A DNA stretch of 62,291 bases, counting the filler, from Globobulimina sp. (lineage: Eukaryota): NCBI GenBank assembly GCA_003354225.1. It is 30 parts of 30 records of this genome, joined end to end, with 100 filler letters (N's around TTAATTAATTAA, not from the genome) between each part and the next. Parts side by side here need not be neighbours in the genome. Positions count along the whole stretch, not along the records: positions 12,493 to 14,474 come from PIVH01010026.1; positions 14,575 to 16,555 come from PIVH01010027.1; positions 16,656 to 18,636 come from PIVH01010028.1; positions 18,737 to 20,716 come from PIVH01010029.1; positions 20,817 to 22,795 come from PIVH01010030.1; 25 more parts are not named here. One strand, 5' to 3'. Shown here in pieces: positions 12,654 to 22,895 of the stretch. The number at the start of each line of letters is the position of its first letter. Positions within the stretch are counted from its first letter, which is position 1. The position numbers and the translations under genes are program-made. A model generated the notes under the pieces. That model was given only the letters and a program-made list of their open reading frames with translations, ran no database searches and had not been told where the DNA came from.

Positions 12654-13939
12654 CTATTTGAAGGCATTTGAGTCATTTAGAAAATCATGGCACATATTAA
12701 TATTATCCACATCCTCATTGTCACTGTTTTCCAGATCATTTTCATTGACACTCATCTGCTGTCCATGTATAATCATTTCAAATATATGATAATAATTAAA
12801 TACATTCAACAATTTCCTATCCTCATCCAAGACCAATGCGACATGGCTTCGTTTACTTAGCATTTCCCACAAAACATCCAATAAATTGTCATTTGGCCTG
12901 CATTGCGGCACCGTCCTCGTCGGCCTATATTTCAACAAAAATTCCTTAATGCTCACATTCAAATTTTCATACGTTTGGTTCCTCGCAAAAAACTGTAATT
13001 TCAATGTAAAACAAGTGCCGACTAAGTGCAAGGATAGCATTTAACTCTTATATCGCTCCTCAGAAAGGCGTCCATTACACACTCACTATCATCCAATATC
13101 GGGATGGCCGATGCCTTCCTATTGGTGGACAGTATGGTCACTGCACGCGACACTTTTTCGTCATAATTGATAGTTGGATGTTTTTCTGTGCTCAGATTTA
13201 TATCACACACTCGAATGGAGAGCTGATTGTACTTATGATAGATTTTAGACTTTTTGAACACAAATCGCAGTATGCTTTGATGGTTCAATATGCATAAAAT
13301 GGACTTATTGTACCGCACCGGCATGCGATGGATGAAATATTGGTGCATTTTGTAGATGGCGTTGAAAATGGGCTCATTCGGCCTCACGAAGACAAAGGCG
13401 CGCGATATCTCGGCCTGGTTGTGTTTCTTGCGAAAGGTGGACCAGTTCCCAACTGCGCAGTTTTCCAATTCGCTCACTTTGCGACTGAAGGTGCTCAAAT
13501 CTTGCGCGTAATAATGCAAAATCTGGGCGAAATCCGTCACGGTCATAAAGCCAATGAAGTCGCCCTGTTCGCCGTTGTTGTTAATGATGGTGCCATGCCA
13601 TACTGGCGCACATTTGATGTCATTCTCGGCCAATGCACGAAAGGCATGTTTTACGGGGAGGCGCGAGTCAAAAACTACCACTTTGCCGGATTCGGGCATC
13701 AATGAATAGCATTTGGTATCGCGTAGTATGGAGAGGACCAATTCACGCCATTTCTCGATGCTGGACAGTTTATTGTCCAGTTGTGTTATGGACTCTTTTT
13801 CTTCGATAAATCCATTGATGCGTTGGTTTTCAGTCTGAGTGTGTGGCTTTGGTTTTGTTGCGGTGTTTGATGGTGTTTCAGAGGGTGGTGGTTGCAGAGT
13901 TTCGTCCATCTTTAGTTTTTCGTCACCGGTTGGAAGCAT
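12654..13939 (-). CDS. SNF4: AMP-activated kinase gamma subunit (SNF4-like, CBS domains); intron 12993-13045
   Basis: CYSLMPESGKVVVFDSRLPVKHAF..L.EN.IKCAPVW, GFMTVTDF, IHRMPV. Confidence 0.85.
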
Positions 13940-14027
13940 TAATTAATCTTTGCTAACTTGAAAACATTCTAAAAACATCAAAATAATTCAACAACGAAAA
14001 CTGACGAAATCTAAGGTTACACAAAAA

Positions 14028-14474
14028 ATGGTACGTGATACTCTACGAGCAAAAGTTGCATTGATTGGTGATGATAAGATCGGAAAAACAAAATTATTAA
14101 ATGTGTTTATGAATGGGTTACCAGTATGGAACAATAATTATTTAATGACAATTGATATTGATTTAAAAATAGTTACAATAAACATTCCGGATACAAATTG
14201 TTGTGTTGAATTACAAATATTTGACTTTGGAGGAAACGAGTTATTTGATATAGACAATATTCGTAGGAAATATTTACAACTCACGAACCACGTTATTGCA
14301 GCATATAACATCTCGGCAAGAAGCACATTTGATTCATTAAGTGCGTGGCTAAAAGAGTTTAAAAATAGCAATTTGAATACAACAGCAAGCAGTGGTGTAA
14401 TATTAGGTTTGCAATCTGATTTAATTAAATATTCAACAGTAAATCCAAAGGAAGCAATCAAATTGGGGCAAGAA
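14028..14474 (+). CDS. IFT27: Rab-like GTPase IFT27/RABL4, 3'-partial
   Basis: LRAKVALIGD..IGKT, NYLMT, IPDTN..VELQIFDFGG. Confidence 0.75.
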
Positions 14475-14574
14475 NNNNNNNNNNNNNNNNNNNNNNNNNN
14501 NNNNNNNNNNNNNNNNNNTTAATTAATTAANNNNNNNNNNNNNNNNNNNNNNNNNNNNNNNNNNNNNNNNNNNN

Positions 14575-14750
14575 AAACGTGAACGGACACGTGCTCGTGC
14601 ACGAAAAATCATTAACTTTTGCTTAAGAAAATATGGTTCAACGCATTCGAATAACAAAATGGCGAAATCACTTGTGAATCATAATCATTCTTTTCGTTCA
14701 CGTTCACGTGCACGTGTAGGTGTACGTTCACGTTTATTAGACAGAGCCAT
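14575..14750. repeat. Bacterial REP/MITE-like inverted repeat built from CGTGAA/CGTGCA units
   Basis: AAACGTGAACGGACACGTGCTCGTGCACGAAAA (from 14575) is an imperfect reverse complement of TTTTCGTTCACGTTCACGTGCACGTGTAGGTGTACGTTCACGTTT (about 14691-14735). Confidence 0.6.
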
Positions 14751-14758
14751 TTCTCTAT

Positions 14759-14781
14759 GACCTGGCCCTGAGGGCCAGGTC
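14759..14781. terminator. Perfect GC-rich hairpin (possible terminator or REP)
   Basis: GACCTGGCCC-TGA-GGGCCAGGTC, 10-bp stem; no clear U-tract. Confidence 0.4.
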
Positions 14782-14869
14782 TTCAATGATGGAATAAAGT
14801 TAAGCTCAAATTTGATGGTCGTGTGGCTTACCTATAGACCTTTGAAAAATGCTGTTTTAATATTCCGGC

Positions 14870-14898
14870 TTGACATGCAAGCCTGAATCTCATATATT
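14870..14898 (+). promoter_or_regulatory. Sigma70-type promoter
   Basis: TTGACA-N17-TATATT, 46 bp upstream of the radical SAM ATG; the -35 lies inside the palindrome GGCTTG-ACATG-CAAGCC. Confidence 0.6.
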
Positions 14899-14944
14899 TT
14901 TTTCCTGAAAAAGCAACTTCTTATCACTTATTAGAGAAAATATA

Positions 14945-16003
14945 ATGATTAGCTGGACACGGATAAAAAGCATATATTACAGAACCTGCCTTGTATTGAC
15001 TGTAAGAAAGCCCATTGCTGGAATTTTTGCGCTTAAGAGCTATGTAAAAGCCAAATTATTCAAAAAACCGGTTTTAAGGGGCGTAGATATTGTAACAAAT
15101 TATTCGTGCAACATGGCATGCACCCACTGTAACATCAGCACAATGAAGAAAAAGGGGGTTGACACATTATCGCTTGACGAATATCGAGACTTTGAAAAAC
15201 AATGCACGGAAATGGGTGTATTTCAATATACGTTTACCGGTGGAGAACCGTTGTTGAGAAAAGATTTTGAGACGCTGGTGAAGATTTTTAAACCTTACAA
15301 AAGGGTTATTCTTGTCCAGACGAACGGCAAACTGATTACATCGGTGGAAAAAGCCGTATGGTTGAAAAAAATCGGCGTTGATGTCGTTAATATGAGCCTG
15401 GACAGCGGATTCGCGGATGAGCATGATGACAACAGGGGGCTGAAAGGATCGTATGTGCAAACGATGGATGCGATTGACCGTTGCGGGAAAGCGGGCCTCA
15501 GTGTGGCCCTGGGGACTGTCATTACACACAAAAATCTTCACTCAGAAGGAATTAATAAATTATTCGAGTATGTAAAAGAGAATAATATTATCCTGATTTT
15601 GAATTTAGCCGTTCCGGCGGGAGAATGGTATAATAATAAAGATGTGCTTCTGACAAAAGAAGACCAGCTGTTTATCCGTGAGGAGGTAAAAAGAAACCCT
15701 TTCATCGGGCTGGACCTGGATTCAACAATTAATACATACGGATGCCCGGCGTTTAAAGAAAAACTGTATATAACGCCCTATGGCGACGTCACCGGATGTA
15801 CATTTGTGCAGATAAGTTTTGGGAATATTCGCAAAACACCGTTGAAGGAAATCAGGGCTCTTGCACTGGATGTAAACCTTATGAATGAGTTCTCGACATC
15901 ATGTTACGCCGCGGAAAAAGAAGATTTTATCCAAAAATACATGTCACAGCTCGGTGGAGATGTTCCGAAATATTATTCCGATGTTATGAGGGGTGATGAG
16001 TAA
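14945..16003 (+). CDS. Bacterial radical SAM protein with SPASM/twitch domain
   Basis: CNMACTHC, FTGGEPLLR, QTNG, SLDS and CPA...ITPYGDVTGC motifs. Confidence 0.92.
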   Translation: MISWTRIKSIYYRTCLVLTVRKPIAGIFALKSYVKAKLFKKPVLRGVDIVTNYSCNMACTHCNISTMKKKGVDTLSLDEYRDFEKQCTEMGVFQYTFTGGEPLLRKDFETLVKIFKPYKRVILVQTNGKLITSVEKAVWLKKIGVDVVNMSLDSGFADEHDDNRGLKGSYVQTMDAIDRCGKAGLSVALGTVITHKNLHSEGINKLFEYVKENNIILILNLAVPAGEWYNNKDVLLTKEDQLFIREEVKRNPFIGLDLDSTINTYGCPAFKEKLYITPYGDVTGCTFVQISFGNIRKTPLKEIRALALDVNLMNEFSTSCYAAEKEDFIQKYMSQLGGDVPKYYSDVMRGDE

Positions 16004-16030
16004 ATCCATTAAATTAGCAGGAGGAAAATT

Positions 16031-16555
16031 GTGGTTTGCCCTGTATGTGATGCAAATGAGACTTCCGGGAAATACCAGGTACCGGACCACGAATACAACC
16101 TGGATGTGGTTGCACAGTATGCCGGATGTACGGCATGCGGTTCGTTTTATCAGGAACCCATGCCGTCTGTTGAAGAATTGGCCGGCTATTATCCTGAAAA
16201 TTATCACAGTTTTACTCAGCAGCATATCCTGCATGGAATTAAGAACTATCTAAGGTTTCGGTCTATCATGCCCCTGGTTGAAAAAGGGAACATCATTCTT
16301 GATTATGGGTGCGGCAGGGGAGGCTTTGTATCGTGGGCCTCAAGGAAATACCCTGATTTCCTCTTATATGGCTATGAAATCGATGATCAGAATTCCATTG
16401 AGCAAAATAATACCATGACGATTATCAGGGGCACTCTCGAATATTTAATGGAAAATCTTCCTTCTGTTGATTTAATCACCATGAATCATGTAATCGAACA
16501 TTTACACAATCCCTTGCATATCGTTACGCATTTATGTATGAAATTAAATAATTGT
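16031..16555 (+). CDS. Bacterial class I SAM methyltransferase with N-terminal CxxC..CxxC, 3'-partial
   Basis: AGGAGG RBS then GTG start; CPVC...CTAC, ILDYGCGRG, HVIEHL. Confidence 0.88.
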
Positions 16556-16655
16556 NNNNNNNNNNNNNNNNNNNNNNNNNNNNNNNNNNNNNNNNNNNNT
16601 TAATTAATTAANNNNNNNNNNNNNNNNNNNNNNNNNNNNNNNNNNNNNNNNNNNN

Positions 16656-17480
16656 CTCTGGCTCTGGCTCTGGCTCTTCATATTTTTCTTTGTTTTCTTT
16701 CTTTTCGTCATCATCATCATCGATAATATTGCTGGTTGTATCGAAATAATAATCATAAAATAAACCTTCATAATTAATTGAATTTAGTGGTGGCATCATA
16801 TTTGCTTCAATTCTCTTTCGAAATGTATTAATATCCTTTGCCCCTCCAACACTGAAACCAATTTTTTGTGACGGTAATGGTGCTCCGCCGCCTGGCAAAG
16901 GTATTGGTGCTGCCATTGGAGCTGATCCAGGCAAAGGTGCTGGTATTGGTGCTCCAGGTAATGGTGCTGCCATTGGAGCGTAAGCCATTGGAGCTGATCC
17001 AGGCAAAGGTGCGCTCATTGGTATTGGTATTGGTGCATATGATATCGTACCATATGGTATTTGACTAATTTGAGGAGCTCGAGAATAAAAGCCAACTAAA
17101 TGTAGGTTATATATGTAATTGGTACGTTATTGATACGTATACATAGAGTGATGCAGACATACATTCTTTCTTTGTCGAATCAAACACGTGACAAAAATCT
17201 GTTAATTAAATAGATGATGCTATATATTTTATTTGACATTCATATTAAAATAAATACCTTTCATGGTAGTATATTGATTATATTCATCCCATTTAAGATT
17301 CGCGATCGTATCAATTAATTTATAGCTTGAATCAGCCAATGCAGTCAATGCTTTTATATTATTAACATTCTTATTTTTCAAATCATCCAATAATTTATCA
17401 TCCCACGCATTAATTATGAACAGAATCTTAAACAAAGTGTCATCAATATTAAATTTCGTCTGTTTTCCAGCAGCGCTCAT
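16656..17480 (-). CDS. Pro-rich protein with the N-terminal motif of YfbK-like VWA proteins; spliced, 3'-partial
   Basis: IGFSVGGAKDINTFR...YEGLFYDYYFDT; APLPGSAPMA repeats; probable introns in 17097-17255. Confidence 0.55.
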
Positions 17481-17557
17481 CGTTTGTAAGTCGAGGTTTT
17501 CATCAAACCAAAAGCATTTGTTTCTTTCCTTTTAACATCTTTCTAGATACGGAAATC

Positions 17558-18145
17558 ATGTCAATCAGAGGTGGCAGACCAGTTTATTTGACAAGCGACA
17601 CATTTTATGATAGCCTTTACAAGCGAGGAAAGTTCAATAAATGGTGGAAAGAGCGATATTTCGCAGTCTATAGAAGCGAGCAAACAATTGAATATTATTC
17701 GTCCGCTGACGACAGAAAACAACGTAAAAATATGTGTGGATCGATTGATTTATCCACCGTCTCAAACCTACAAGTTATAACCAATACAGATGCTGCTTTT
17801 CAACGATTAGGTTTAAACCCATTAACCGACCACATTGCGTATAATGAGGACGCCAAAAGTGACAAAGCATATACGAGGAGCAGAATGTACATATTTGCTG
17901 CATATAACCAAGAATCACAGTTAAAATTGTTAAAATATATGCAGTCCTGTTTATATGGCGAGGTCGTAAAACAAGGATGGTTACAAATACAAGGGCATAG
18001 AAATAAAAAACAATGGAAGACCAGATATTGTGTTTTGGATCGATTCCAACAATTAAAATATTATTACGACAAACAACTAAAAACTTCCCAAGTTTTCCCA
18101 TTTTTACGATATATATTTGTTTCCCATTTTTACCCAAGTTTTTGA
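17558..18145 (+). CDS. Tandem PH-domain protein, apparently truncated in the second PH domain
   Basis: LYKRGKFNKWWKERYF, GSIDL, KQGWLQIQG..KKQWKTRYCVL. Confidence 0.75.
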   Translation: MSIRGGRPVYLTSDTFYDSLYKRGKFNKWWKERYFAVYRSEQTIEYYSSADDRKQRKNMCGSIDLSTVSNLQVITNTDAAFQRLGLNPLTDHIAYNEDAKSDKAYTRSRMYIFAAYNQESQLKLLKYMQSCLYGEVVKQGWLQIQGHRNKKQWKTRYCVLDRFQQLKYYYDKQLKTSQVFPFLRYIFVSHFYPSF

Positions 18146-18176
18146 GTAAGTTAAAAATTACATGTAACAAGTCATC

Positions 18177-18636
18177 ATGGTACCTTCAAACAACGTCTTT
18201 CTAGCATTAACAATATTCATAGCTTTGATTACCAATGTGACATGTTTATTTTTCCAAACCACCTCCTTAGCAGGATTTGAACTTGATATCGATATCGGTG
18301 CATCAGAAACTACAATCACAGCACGTGTTGATACATCACAACAATTTAATTGGCATGGTATTGGATTCGATGGCATTAAAATGCAAAACACCTATGGAAT
18401 CATCCAAGAATTTGCTATCCCACCAACATTCAGCATCAGACATTTTGGTAAATCTAGTGGTGGTGGTGCTGACCCACGAGGAACAGAGGAAGACGCAACA
18501 GCATCAAATTGGGTGACAAGTTTCAATGCAGCGAGTAATCCAATTATAATCACCTTAACCCGCGCAAACAACGTCGGTCCTCCCTTCTATGCGTTTGATC
18601 CCGCACTACCTACATTAGACATTATATACGCATATG
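18177..18636 (+). CDS. Secreted DOMON-like protein, 3'-partial
   Basis: Signal peptide; WHGIGFDGIKM, ITLTR, DIIYAY. Confidence 0.6.
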
Positions 18637-18878
18637 NNNNNNNNNNNNNNNNNNNNNNNNNNNNNNNNNNNNNNNNNNNNTTAATTAATTAANNNNNNNN
18701 NNNNNNNNNNNNNNNNNNNNNNNNNNNNNNNNNNNNTAGTAAGCTTAAAGTAGCTGAGCATTAGGGATTACACTTCTATTTCCAGGATTCCTCTGAGCAG
18801 TGGAGAGAATACTGATTGGTCCGAAGACCTTTTGTACTTTCTCTACTTTGAGTCCGGACCAACTTCTTTTCGATAGAA

Positions 18879-20716
18879 GTGTCTCGACAAATTTGGCGAC
18901 AGCGGCAGGATCCAGAGTCTGTGTGGAAGACCTCAATTGATTTCTTGAGTGGAGAAGCTGGTCAACCTTGGCTGTTGTACTGCAGTGATTTTGTCGTGGA
19001 GAAAAACGAAATATTGTGGAGAATGGCAGAACAACAACAGAAGAAAGAAAATATGGAGAAAATAGAAAATGAAAATGGAGAAAATCAACAACAGAAAACA
19101 GAAACAACAGAACCAGAACAACAAAACACACTTGTTGCAAATGTCTTGACTGGTGTACAGGAACGGATTCCTAAAAAACCAGCCAAGCAACAACACTTGT
19201 GTTCGCAAAATTCGCAAAATTCGCATGAAAAAGAAAATTCGCAAAATTCGGGAAAAATTTCGCAAAAAGAAGAAATTTCGGAAAATTCGCAAAATTCGAA
19301 AGAAAACGAAAACGATTCGAAAAAGACTTCGCGACCGTCGGAAATGAACGAAAATTCGCAAAATATGGGAAAAACAGAACCGACTATGGAACAACAAAGC
19401 ACATTTGTTGATGGTTCAACAGATATACAGGAACGATTTCCTAACATATCTGAAGAGCCACAACACTTGTGTCGTCCTGATTCGACAAAGACAGAATTCG
19501 TGAAAAATTTGGAAAATATCGTAAAATCGCCGGAAGAAAAAGATTCGGGAAAAACTTCGGAAAATTCGGGAAAAATAGAAAAAAATGCGGAAAGAAAAGA
19601 AGAAAGTTCGGGAAAAACGAAAACTACAGATTCGGTGTCACAACGAAATGCTCTTGTTGTTGGTTCGCTGCCACAACACTTGCATCGTCCTAAAAATTCG
19701 ACAAAGACAACAATCGCGGAAGATTCGGAAAATTCGGGAAAAACTTCGGAAAATTCGAAAGAAAAAGAAAATTTGCAAAATGAAGAAATTTCGGAAAAAT
19801 CGCAAAAAGACGAAAAATCGGAACCAAAAACAGGAGAAGAAAGCGCAATTGCTGTTGGTCCGATGTGCACCGATGTGCCTGTGGATCAACAGTTGTTGTG
19901 TCGTCCAGATTCGCTCGAAACAGAAACAGAAAACGAAAATTCGCAATTTTCGTCGAAAATCGAAAACACATCGACAAGTGTTGAAGGTGATCGATCACCA
20001 CGATTCGAAAATGTTGCTGGCTCATCGGGTACACAGGAACGATTTCCTACTGTATCTGATCAGTTACAACATGTATATTCGCCCGAGAATTTGGCAGCGG
20101 CCTATCGTCAACAACAAGGACTTCAATTTTTGGAAAAAATGGATTTCGAAAATCCATCGTTGAATGGTTATGGTGATCAACAACCTGAACCTGAAACTCT
20201 AGATTCGATACAGAAACTCGATTTTAGAGGAGCGGTGCTGCCCGATTTTTCAGATCTACAAACACTTAGTGAAGTAAGTGGTGAAGACAGAAGTCCAGAT
20301 TCAAGAAAGAAAGACACCATAAGAAGAGGGGTGCTGCCCAAATTTTCAGAAGTTGAAACACTTAGTGAAAATTTTGAGAATTTCGAAAATTCGAATTTCG
20401 CGCCCGATGCCAGAATTGAAACAGCGCCCAACGCACAACCGAAATCGACGCATGACGACGCACTATGGGAAACGACGCATGACGCTCCAGTAGAATCGAC
20501 GCCCGACATCGAAAATATACAAACCGCGCCCGGCGCCGTGGAAACAACGCCCGAAGGCGAAAATGAAACAGCGCACGCGGTCGTTCCAGATTTTTTGATG
20601 AAAATCGAAACAGCGCCTGGAATGGATGTAGATTCTATGGTTGAGAATGAATTAATGGGTGAAACAACTATGCAGTCTGAAAGCACAAATGCACGAAACA
20701 TTTCAGGACAAATTGT
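18879..20716 (+). CDS. Low-complexity E/K/S/N-rich repeat protein, partial; organism uncertain
   Basis: More than 600 open codons; repeated QERFP...QHLCRP modules and ENS/IETAP repeats. Confidence 0.5.
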
Positions 20717-21132
20717 NNNNNNNNNNNNNNNNNNNNNNNNNNNNNNNNNNNNNNNNNNNNTTAATTAATTAANNNNNNNNNNNNNNNNNNNNNNNNNNNN
20801 NNNNNNNNNNNNNNNNCGCTTATAATGTGCCGCCAATAACAATATCATCATCAATACATTACGATGTGGCACTGGCATAGCGAATGACGAGGTAAGTTAG
20901 TGGAAATTAAAAAAAAAAAACTTTTCAAACAGCTTAAAAATTCAGTACTTATCGGACAGCCAAATGATCGTTAAAGTGAACGCGTTCTTTACCATTTACA
21001 AATTGTAACTTGTTGCAATGATATATCGTATTAAATTCAAAGCATAAAATTAATCAAAAATCTAACCATCCAAACACAAAAAAAAAACTAGAAAATTTTT
21101 TACAAACAAAACATTATATAACACGCTCAATA

Positions 21133-21951
21133 TCAATCATATAATGAGCCACCGCGATTTGCATTTGCTCCTTTACCAACAATCCCTCCTTTCGCGCCGG
21201 CATATTTTTTCTTGGCACAAACCACTCCAAATCCATACAATCCAATCAACACTGCAGTCATATTCTTACCTTCCCATAAATCATCCGCCTCAAACGAACT
21301 CGCAGCCTGCAACCCCAACTGTTTGGCCACTCGCGAAAACTCATTGATCCTCTGCTTATCCGCAAAATTCGCCATTGCGCCACTTTTACCCACACCGGCG
21401 GTGCATATCTTTGATTTTATACTGCCGGGTTTGATCACATTGGCCAATTTGGCTAAGATGAAACCATCTTTTAATGAAGCCTGCAAGTTGCCGGCACCGC
21501 CACCTCTGACCCCACGCACACATTTATTCATCCATTGCACCACTTGTTTCTCCATATCCATGCTGTATTTACTCGCCTGCAACTTCTGTTGCTCTGCGCT
21601 GAAACCAAAGGATTTATTCTTATTTGGATTAGCAACACCGGTCAACTTACCGCCGCCGCCACCGCCGGATGACGACGATGACGATTTATAGCTTTGTTTG
21701 GGCGGTGCTTTATAATCATCGTTATGCGATGCATACGCTTGCTTTGGTGCTGGTGGCGGCTTCTTGGCCGCATTGTTGTTATTGTTATTATTGTTGCTAC
21801 TCCATTTTGAAGCTGTTGTTGCCTTTTTTTTAGTAGCAGTGGGTTTCGAAGGTGGCTTATAAGCATTTTTTGGGCTCTTTGCCTTTGATTTATGCGTCGC
21901 GTCGTATTGCTTGGCGGTCCAACTCGATTTAGCCACATTTGGATGTGACAC
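21133..21951 (-). CDS. Calponin/transgelin-like CH-domain protein, 5' end missing
   Basis: QVVQWM, LKDGFILAKLANVIKPG, FEADDLWEGKNMTAVL; no ATG at the 5' end. Confidence 0.85.
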   Translation of the reverse strand: MSHPNVAKSSWTAKQYDATHKSKAKSPKNAYKPPSKPTATKKKATTASKWSSNNNNNNNNAAKKPPPAPKQAYASHNDDYKAPPKQSYKSSSSSSGGGGGGKLTGVANPNKNKSFGFSAEQQKLQASKYSMDMEKQVVQWMNKCVRGVRGGGAGNLQASLKDGFILAKLANVIKPGSIKSKICTAGVGKSGAMANFADKQRINEFSRVAKQLGLQAASSFEADDLWEGKNMTAVLIGLYGFGVVCAKKKYAGAKGGIVGKGANANRGGSLYD

Positions 21952-21999
21952 AGGCTACAATACAATTAAGAAATAAGGGAGAGGGTCTAAGGGGGGCTG

Positions 22000-22636
22000 C
22001 TATTCAGCTGCTGAGTCATCCATCCAACTTCTTTCAACAACTTCGTGCACACGCCTGTGATACTCTCTTCGATTTTCCTAGCGTGCGATATTGCGATAAC
22101 ATTGAAAGGGCGAGTCAATCACCAATGAGATATAAGAAGATTACGGTCCTTTGAGACAGAAGTGAGGATTCTCTGGTTCTCTGGGACTGGGAGTGTATAT
22201 ATATATATATAGTAAAGGAAAGAAACGATAACCTGATATAGACGAGATGCTTCACTATTGGCTGGAGATGATGGGTTCGGGTCACATAGAAGGCTCTGTA
22301 TTGAGGTAAGGACAGCACTAATATCATAAATAGGGCTCCACTGCGAAAAGAAAAAAGAAGAACACAGATTAAAAAAAAGAGCAAACAAACAAGACCACGG
22401 CACAGTACTACAAGTTAGAGGTTTGGGTTAGGCTATCAAATCACCATTCAATTGATAAATCGTCAAAGATCACACAAATTGGATGGTTAGAGTACGTCGT
22501 GCTGGTGCAATGTGACCACCTGATTTTGTAAAATGTCTAGACAGATCTGTCCATTTGTATAGATGTTGGGGTGAAACATCTTCGTGAGAAACCGTACAGA
22601 TGGAGGCTTATTTGGATAGTCTTCGGAAAATTCCAT
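22000..22636 (-). CDS. RAD6: Ubiquitin-conjugating enzyme RAD6/UBC2, 5'-partial; exons 22520-22636, 22233-22340, 22000-22077
   Basis: [74 protein letters not shown]. Confidence 0.92.
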
Positions 22637-22895
22637 CTATGAAAGAGAAAAAATATATGATAACACACGAGTAGAAAGATCAGCAGCCAGAAAAGCAGAG
22701 AACCGGTCCCCCAAAGTTATAGATTCAACAGCACATTTGCATAACAGCAGAGGCTCAAAAGTTGCAAAATTAGTAGAAGAGGGAAGAGGAAGTAGNNNNN
22801 NNNNNNNNNNNNNNNNNNNNNNNNNNNNNNNNNNNNNNNTTAATTAATTAANNNNNNNNNNNNNNNNNNNNNNNNNNNNNNNNNNNNNNNNNNNN

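Noticed and set aside
7216..13045. Overlapping ORF pairs (7216-7385, 11759-11839, 13022-13040) as frameshifts
   Set aside because: Each is explained by a short GT-AG intron.
15993..16253. 86-aa ORF as a RiPP precursor for the radical SAM enzyme
   Set aside because: It overlaps the methyltransferase out of frame, and the methyltransferase has its own AGGAGG RBS.
18933..20701. Long antisense and alternate-frame ORFs
   Set aside because: Shadows of low-complexity GAAAATTCG repeats.
22414..22431. GTTAGAGGTTTGGGTTAGG as a telomeric repeat
   Set aside because: Short, degenerate and inside a RAD6 intron.
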